DNA from: Patescibacteria group bacterium
GTDB lineage: Bacteria; Patescibacteriota; Minisyncoccia; Phycocordibacterales; CAIRYW01
Direction: 5' to 3'
Length of the DNA: 64,000 nucleotides
Assembly (NCBI GenBank): GCA_040389185.1
Contig: JAZKAJ010000011.1
Location: 1,033 to 65,032, forward strand
The position numbers were made by a program, and so were the translations under genes. Below are positions 58,217-64,000 of this stretch, one piece after another; position 1 is the stretch's first letter; each line of letters opens with the position of its first letter. Below the pieces are notes generated by a model. That model ran no database searches and was not told where the DNA came from. It was given only the letters and a program-made list of their open reading frames with translations.

Positions 58217-59248
58217 ATGGAACAAGACCTCCTAAACCATATTTCAGAAGTATATAATCTCTCGTCATTAATATATGTGGGCTCATCAGCCCAAGGAATT
58301 AGTGCTCATAATGCAATTGTTAAAACAACTGGTGGCACGTTTTTTTTCATTAAAAATTATAAAAAGACTGATGCGGATAGAAGAGAGAATTCGGAAGCGG
58401 TTGAAATCTTCGTGTCGGAGAATTCTTCATTACCGGTCGTACTCCCTTTAAAAACAGCTTCAAATCAAGCGCATTACATTATTGATGAAAAAATGTATGC
58501 AGTTTTTCCTTACCTAGAGCATAAGGAATATAAACCAGAATTATTGGAAGAAAAAATAAAGTTGGCAGAGTCTCTCGGTGCAACTCTCGGCACAATCCAT
58601 TCGATTTCAATGAAAGTGCCTATTAATAAATCAATTCAGCCTATTGTTTCTTGGATAGTGCCCACCAAAGAAAAGAGTATTGAAAATTTAGAAAAAATAA
58701 TAGAAACGATAAATAATAAAAAGGTTCATGATGAGTATGATAAGAAAGCACTTAATTTTGTTGATCTCAAAATATCTTTGTTGAAAGAAAGTAGTTTTCG
58801 GGGAAGGGGTGCCACATTCGAGACTATTTGTCACGGAGATTTTCACAAAGGAAATATTCTTTTTGATGAAAAAGGATCAATAATTGGTATATGCGATTGG
58901 GATATAAGTGGTAGAGCAAATCCGTATCTTGAATTCATTAGATCATTTAACATGTGTGTGATACGAAGAGATTTTGAACACTATCAAGAAAAAGGTGAGT
59001 ATTCAAAAGCTTTTTGTGCGGGATATCTAAAAAATTGTGGTTTTGAATTTGATTTTAATGAATTGGAATATGCGATTGAGTGGTGGTATCAACTTACCTT
59101 AAGTATTAGCTGGCCTATGAGCGATCATTACTATTTGGATCACACAAAAACTGATGCATCACTCGACTCAGAAATTTTAAAAGTTTCGTTTTTGAAAGAG
59201 AATCGAGCTCAGCTTCTGGAGTATATAAGATCTTGTATACAAAATTGA
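58217..59248 (+). CDS. APH/type II homoserine kinase-like phosphotransferase
   Basis: LG.IH, CHGDFHKGNILF, DWD. Confidence 0.85.
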   Translation: MEQDLLNHISEVYNLSSLIYVGSSAQGISAHNAIVKTTGGTFFFIKNYKKTDADRRENSEAVEIFVSENSSLPVVLPLKTASNQAHYIIDEKMYAVFPYLEHKEYKPELLEEKIKLAESLGATLGTIHSISMKVPINKSIQPIVSWIVPTKEKSIENLEKIIETINNKKVHDEYDKKALNFVDLKISLLKESSFRGRGATFETICHGDFHKGNILFDEKGSIIGICDWDISGRANPYLEFIRSFNMCVIRRDFEHYQEKGEYSKAFCAGYLKNCGFEFDFNELEYAIEWWYQLTLSISWPMSDHYYLDHTKTDASLDSEILKVSFLKENRAQLLEYIRSCIQN

Positions 59249-59298
59249 GGGATTTTTTTAAATAAAAAATTACCGACACTTTCGTGCCGGCTTTAACT

Positions 59299-59826
59299 TT
59301 AAAATTGCTTGTTAGCTTCTCTCCGTCTAAGGATGATCTTTTTGACACGAGCCCTTTGCCCGAGGAGATCTGCTATTGGAAAAAGAACGGTAAAAATACA
59401 ATCCGTGACAGCTTCGAGAATGCGAGGAAGTCCCCAAGCAATCACCACCTTCACATTTTTGATCTTCTTTGTGAACCAGATGACTCGCAAGTAATGTGTG
59501 GGAGCAACGAAGAGGGTGATTGGATCACTCGGGAGAGTATTATTCTCAATAAAATCAATTTGACCCATTGTCTCGTAGCCCTCATTGAAGACCCTGATCT
59601 GGTGCGCCGGGACGCCTAACTTCAGAAGAGTTTCGAGATAAAGATCTGCCTCAGATTGATAGTCGTCAACCTTAAGGGCGGTGATCACCCATACTTCACT
59701 TGAAGGATCAAGTGTTGCAAGTGTGGCTGTGTGAACAAGTCCGGAATACCAATCTTGTTGCTCTCGAGACCCAATGCGTCCCTTGTGGGGAAGTGGACTT
59801 TTTGGTAACGGAACAATTATATTCAT
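59299..59826 (-). CDS. YdcF/DUF218-like protein
   Basis: SEA......LGVP...I....EG.ET, PTHYLR. Confidence 0.55.
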   Translation of the reverse strand: MNIIVPLPKSPLPHKGRIGSREQQDWYSGLVHTATLATLDPSSEVWVITALKVDDYQSEADLYLETLLKLGVPAHQIRVFNEGYETMGQIDFIENNTLPSDPITLFVAPTHYLRVIWFTKKIKNVKVVIAWGLPRILEAVTDCIFTVLFPIADLLGQRARVKKIILRRREANKQF

Positions 59827-59938
59827 ATATCAAATGTTTATCGCGATTCTCATTTATTGTCAATGCAAAGTGACTTCGGGTTTCACTTGATAGTTTTTTT
59901 GCTTGCATATGCACAATTTTATTTCTATCATAATCAAT

Positions 59939-60577
59939 ATGAATAATTTTTTTTCCGATCTTTCAAAACATGAACTCTCAATTCTTCGTCGTCTCAATAC
60001 GCCGATTAAAGTTCAAAACTTCATTGATGACATTCCAACCAACTTTGAATTAGACGGGGAGACCAACAAGTCTCCTCGAAGAACACTTCGGGAAAACAAA
60101 GCTCACTGCCTTGAAGGTGCACTACTCGCGGCGCTCGCACTTTGGATAAGCGGCCACAAGCCATTAATTATGGATATGAAATCAACAGATAATGATGTTG
60201 ATCATGTGATCGCACCATTTAAAATAAATGGATATTGGGGATGCGTGAGCAAAACTAATCATGCAACGATAAGATATCGTGATCCTGTTTACAAGACTAC
60301 TCGAGAACTTGCGATGTCATATTTTCACGAGTGGTTTATGGATGTTGATGGAGCAAAGACGCTTCGAAGTTTTTCGGAACCTTATGATCTTCGCAAATTC
60401 AAAAAGAATTGGACAACTGAAGAAAAAGACCTTTGGGAAATATCTGAACTTCTTGATAGTTTGAAACATTTTAAAGTGGCGCCAGAAAAGAATATTAAGA
60501 TGGTGCGAATTGCCGATACAATGGAGAGAAAGGCGGGGAAGATTCAGGAGTGGGGGAGGGATGGAAAAAGATTGTAA
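59939..60577 (+). CDS. Conserved protein, transglutaminase-like
   Basis: AHCLEGA, DHVIA, SKTNH..YRDPVY. Confidence 0.7.
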   Translation: MNNFFSDLSKHELSILRRLNTPIKVQNFIDDIPTNFELDGETNKSPRRTLRENKAHCLEGALLAALALWISGHKPLIMDMKSTDNDVDHVIAPFKINGYWGCVSKTNHATIRYRDPVYKTTRELAMSYFHEWFMDVDGAKTLRSFSEPYDLRKFKKNWTTEEKDLWEISELLDSLKHFKVAPEKNIKMVRIADTMERKAGKIQEWGRDGKRL

Positions 60578-60585
60578 TATATAGT

Positions 60586-60774
60586 ATACAGGAGTCTCTC
60601 CTTCGACTAAATTTTGCTACCCGCAAAATTTGTCTAGGCACCAGCTCACTTGTTTTGAAAGCTTTCAAAACATAGCTCCGCTGTTCGAGTCCTAACGAAA
60701 GTGCGTTTAGCACTTTCTTATCGCCCACAAAAATACAAAAACACCAGATATTATCTGGTGTTTTTGTATTTTTG
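60586..60774 (+). repeat. tRNA tail element F (Val-specific, module 2)
   Basis: ATACAGGA direct repeat; module 2; GTTCGAGTCCT[hairpin]TATCGCCCA; CACAAAAATACAAAAACACCAGATA hairpin. Confidence 0.85.
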
Positions 60775-60847
60775 TGGGCGATACAGGACTCGAACCTGTG
60801 ACCATCCGAGTGTAAATCGGGCGCTCTACCAACTGAGCTAATCGCCC
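60775..60847 (-). tRNA. tRNA-Val (UAC), no CCA
   Basis: GGGCGAT/ATCGCCC; loop TTTACAC; ACAGG-TTCGAGT-CCTGT. Confidence 0.93.
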
Positions 60848-60925
60848 TCACTTGGAAAGAATAAACTATTTTGACAGATTATTCAAATAATTGAACCTGT
60901 GTGTTATACTTATTGGTATATAGTT

Positions 60926-61597
60926 ATGAAATTTGAAGAACAACAAAAAGCAATAAAGATGAGACGGAAGGGTCTTTCTCTCAAAGAAATAGCCAGATCT
61001 CTTGGAGTTGCTAAGGCTAGTGTAAGTGTTTGGGTTAGAGATGTTGTGCTGAGTGATAAGACTAAACAGGATCTTAGAATGAAAGGATCTTCTCGTGATG
61101 TAATAGAAAAAAGGAGAGATATTCGATTGTTAAGAGAAAAAGAAAAGGTGGATATATTGAAAACGGAAGCAAAGAAAGATTTTGATCACATAACTCAAAG
61201 AGAGTTAAAGATAATAGGCTGCATGCTCTATCTTGCTGAAGGCGGAAAAACTAAAAAGGGAATGGCTCGAATCTCGAACAGTGATCTAGAAGTCATAAAA
61301 ATAATGCTCCGGTTTTTTAAGGAGATATGTTTAGTTCCAGATGAAAAATTCAAAGGACATATTCATACTCATTCTGAAAATAATGCAAAAAAATGTGAGA
61401 ATTATTGGTCCGATCTGACAGGTATACCAAAAACTCAATTCTTCAAAACTTATGTAAAATTAAGTAAAGCGGGAAGTGGAAACAGGGGAACGTTGCCATA
61501 TGGAACTTTTGATTTATATGTTTGTGACACAAAAATTTTCTTAAAAATTATGGCCTGGATAGAGAAGATTTGTTTCCTGGTTAATAATAAAGCATAA
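60926..61597 (+). CDS. HTH plus LAGLIDADG-like protein, tRNA-adjacent
   Basis: GLSLKEIARSLGVAKASVSVW HTH; GCMLYLAEGGK, SNSD, YWS..TGIP..QF. Confidence 0.65.
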   Translation: MKFEEQQKAIKMRRKGLSLKEIARSLGVAKASVSVWVRDVVLSDKTKQDLRMKGSSRDVIEKRRDIRLLREKEKVDILKTEAKKDFDHITQRELKIIGCMLYLAEGGKTKKGMARISNSDLEVIKIMLRFFKEICLVPDEKFKGHIHTHSENNAKKCENYWSDLTGIPKTQFFKTYVKLSKAGSGNRGTLPYGTFDLYVCDTKIFLKIMAWIEKICFLVNNKA

Positions 61598-61621
61598 AAT
61601 TCATGTTATAATACACAAATC

Positions 61622-62548
61622 ATGATTACAGCATCCATCCTCACCATCTTCGGTCTCGCCTTATTCGAAATCATCTCAAGTGCGGACAACGCTATTGTTA
61701 ACGCAGAGGTCCTCGAAACCATGTCTCCAAAGGGGAGAAAGTGGTTTCTTTTTTATGGAATTATCTTCGCGGTCTTTGTTGTTCGAGGACTTCTTCCTTG
61801 GCTTATTATTTATGTTACAAATCCATCACTTGGATTCTTTGGGGCGTTTACTGCAGCACTTTCAAGCGACCCAATAGTTGCAGAGTCAATTCACCGTTCA
61901 GCACCAATACTAATGGCAGGTGGTGGAATATTCCTTGTTTTTCTTTTCTTTCATTGGCTCTTTCTCGAGAAGAAAACGTATGGACTCGTGGGCGAAGCAT
62001 TCTTTCATAGACAGGGAGTTTGGTTTTTTGCTGTCGTATCTGCAATTCTCGCGGCTGTGGTGTGGGAAGCGCTTAAGGTTGATCCTATAATGGCATTCGG
62101 TGCTGTCATTGGTTCCACCGCTTTTTTCATCACACATGGATTTAAAGAGAATGCAGAGAAAGCCGAAAAAGATCTTTTGCATGGACATTCAAAAAAATCA
62201 GACTTGAGCAAAATTCTTTATCTCGAAGTGATCGACGCAACATTTTCTATCGACGGGGTACTCGGCGCATTCGCGTTTACACTTTCTGTCCCGCTTATTC
62301 TCATTGGTAATGGGATTGGAGCATTCATACTTCGGAAGCTTACAATCTCAAACGTGGATAATGTAAAGAAATATATCTTCCTCAAAAACGGCGCGATGTA
62401 TTCAATTTTTTTCCTTGGAGTCATTATGCTGCTTCATGCATTCGGATTTGATCTTCCTGAGTGGGTTTCTCCTGTAGTGACATTTGCTACTGTTGGATAC
62501 TTTTTTCTCAAATCTCATTACCACCTTGTTAGAAATAAAACTATATAA
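61622..62548 (+). CDS. DUF475/TerC family membrane protein
   Basis: EIISSADNAIVNA, YLEVIDATFSIDGVLGAFA. Confidence 0.88.
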   Translation: MITASILTIFGLALFEIISSADNAIVNAEVLETMSPKGRKWFLFYGIIFAVFVVRGLLPWLIIYVTNPSLGFFGAFTAALSSDPIVAESIHRSAPILMAGGGIFLVFLFFHWLFLEKKTYGLVGEAFFHRQGVWFFAVVSAILAAVVWEALKVDPIMAFGAVIGSTAFFITHGFKENAEKAEKDLLHGHSKKSDLSKILYLEVIDATFSIDGVLGAFAFTLSVPLILIGNGIGAFILRKLTISNVDNVKKYIFLKNGAMYSIFFLGVIMLLHAFGFDLPEWVSPVVTFATVGYFFLKSHYHLVRNKTI

Positions 62549-62552
62549 TTTT

Positions 62553-63272
62553 GTGAATGATATTAAAATCCTCTTTGAAGACAAAGATATTGTCGCGATC
62601 AATAAGCCTGCGGGTATCGTTGTTCATGGTGATGGAAAAATGAAAGACAAGACGATCTCTGACTGGGTAGTCAAAAAATATCCTGAAACAAAAGATGTGG
62701 GGGAGTCTATTGAACTTGAAAGTGGCGAGATGATAGACCGACATGGGATTGTGCACAGACTCGACAAAGACACTTCTGGAGTGCTTTTGATCGCAAAGAC
62801 ACAGGAAGGATATCTGCATCTCAAAGCACAATTCAAAGAAAGAAAGATCAAAAAAACTTACAACGCATTTATATACGGAAAGATGAAAGATGAACGAGGG
62901 ATCATCAATCGTCCGATCGGACGAGCGACAGGAAGTGTCCGTAAATGGGCAACAGGCAATAAGACTCGAGGAGAGCTTCGAGAAGCTGTGACAAAGTTTA
63001 AGGTAGTGAAGAATGCAATGCCAGCGTCTCTCTTGGAGCTTTGGCCACAGACAGGGCGAACTCATCAGATTCGTGTGCATATGCAAGCTCTGGGGCACCC
63101 AGTGGTCGCAGACTCCTTGTATGCGCCGAGTCGTGAAGCTGTATATGGATTCAAAAGACTTGCACTTCACGCAAAAAGACTGATATTTAATGATCTCAAA
63201 GGTGGACTCATCGAGGTCGAGGCACCGTTTCCAGAAGACTTTAAGGAGGCGATGAGGGAAATAGGACTATAG
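62553..63272 (+). CDS. RluA family pseudouridine synthase
   Basis: NKPAG, VHRLDKDTSG, TGRTHQIRVH, LHA. Confidence 0.93.
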   Translation: MNDIKILFEDKDIVAINKPAGIVVHGDGKMKDKTISDWVVKKYPETKDVGESIELESGEMIDRHGIVHRLDKDTSGVLLIAKTQEGYLHLKAQFKERKIKKTYNAFIYGKMKDERGIINRPIGRATGSVRKWATGNKTRGELREAVTKFKVVKNAMPASLLELWPQTGRTHQIRVHMQALGHPVVADSLYAPSREAVYGFKRLALHAKRLIFNDLKGGLIEVEAPFPEDFKEAMREIGL

Positions 63273-63338
63273 ATACAAGCATTGCAATGGCTTGAATTCT
63301 ATGATAAAGTCTCTAAATCAATTTAAGTTAAATTATAT

Positions 63339-63755
63339 ATGAAAGCGACTGCAAAAACAGCAAATGTAAACATAGAAGAAAGACGAACTCAGGATATCCG
63401 ACCTGGAGATGTTGTTAAGGTACACCAGAAAATTCAAGAAAAAGGAAAGACTCGAATCCAGATCTTCGAAGGTATGGTTCTTGCACGAAAGCACGGAGTA
63501 GAAGCAGGGGCTACTATTACTGTACGACGTGTTGCTAATGGATACGGAGTAGAAAAAATCTATCCTATGTATTCTCCACTTATCGAGAAAATCGAGGTTG
63601 TCAGACGAGCAAAGGTTCGAAAGGCAAAGCTCTATTATGTCCGAGACAAAGCTCAGAAAGAACTTTCAAAGAGAATGCGAGCAGAGATGATGAGAAAAGA
63701 TGAAACTCCAGCGGCAGAAAATGCGGGAGCAGAACTAGTCAGCGAGTCCAATTAA
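63339..63755 (+). CDS. rplS: 50S ribosomal protein L19
   Basis: [31 protein letters not shown]. Confidence 0.97.
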   Translation: MKATAKTANVNIEERRTQDIRPGDVVKVHQKIQEKGKTRIQIFEGMVLARKHGVEAGATITVRRVANGYGVEKIYPMYSPLIEKIEVVRRAKVRKAKLYYVRDKAQKELSKRMRAEMMRKDETPAAENAGAELVSESN

Positions 63756-64000
63756 GGATTCGTCGGTCTTTTCAATCAAAATGAAAAAATAAACGAGTCC
63801 TTAATTGGGCTCGTTTTTTGTTGTGGGTGGGTGCTCACACAAAAAAATGTTCTTTAACTCCAAACAAGTTATGTTTATGCATTCAAACGAAAAAATCGTT
63901 AGGTTGGGCGTTGATCCGTCCATAGAAAGTTCGATCATTTTGGAAGCAAATTATGAACAGGGAATGCTCGGCAGAATGATTATAAATGCTTCAGGTGACG

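Noticed and set aside
1-64000. Alternative genetic code (UGA=Gly, as in Gracilibacteria/SR1)
   Set aside because: Conserved genes are full-length under code 11 and several end at TGA.
63871-64000. ORF start at window edge (MFMHSNEKIVRLG...)
   Set aside because: Too short and truncated to support a call.

Overview
AT-rich bacterial chromosome segment, standard genetic code, whose gene content fits Patescibacteria/CPR (Parcubacteria-like); this taxonomy is inferred. Housekeeping genes (pilB/gspE, tsaE, polA, holA-like, msrB, mutM, ruvA, rpsT, maf, ung, ruvX, pilMNO, rluA, rplS) alternate with accessory genes, and there are five CCA-less tRNA genes (Lys-UUU, Arg-GCG, Ser-UGA, Arg-UCU, Val-UAC). 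Main observation: every tRNA gene has a ~180-260 bp structured non-coding tail element tailored to that tRNA (six copies). Each holds an inverted copy of the tRNA's T-arm and acceptor 3' strand split by an inserted hairpin, one of two conserved covarying core modules, and a short direct repeat of the tRNA 3' end. Other observations: a ~10.5 kb large-serine-recombinase island (Shedu nuclease, ParB-methylase, thrC, GhoS-like gene) inserted between tRNA-Lys and its tail element; a duplicated tRNA-Ser locus with a HEPN-like gene and the same island-end motif; a probable remote DGR target gene; a PaaX/Cas2-like gene bracketed by twin perfect palindromes; two related ~230 bp inverted-repeat-bounded elements around a NUDIX gene; and a zinc-finger microprotein missing from the ORF track. 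All family calls are by eye from motifs; no database searches or folding computations were run.
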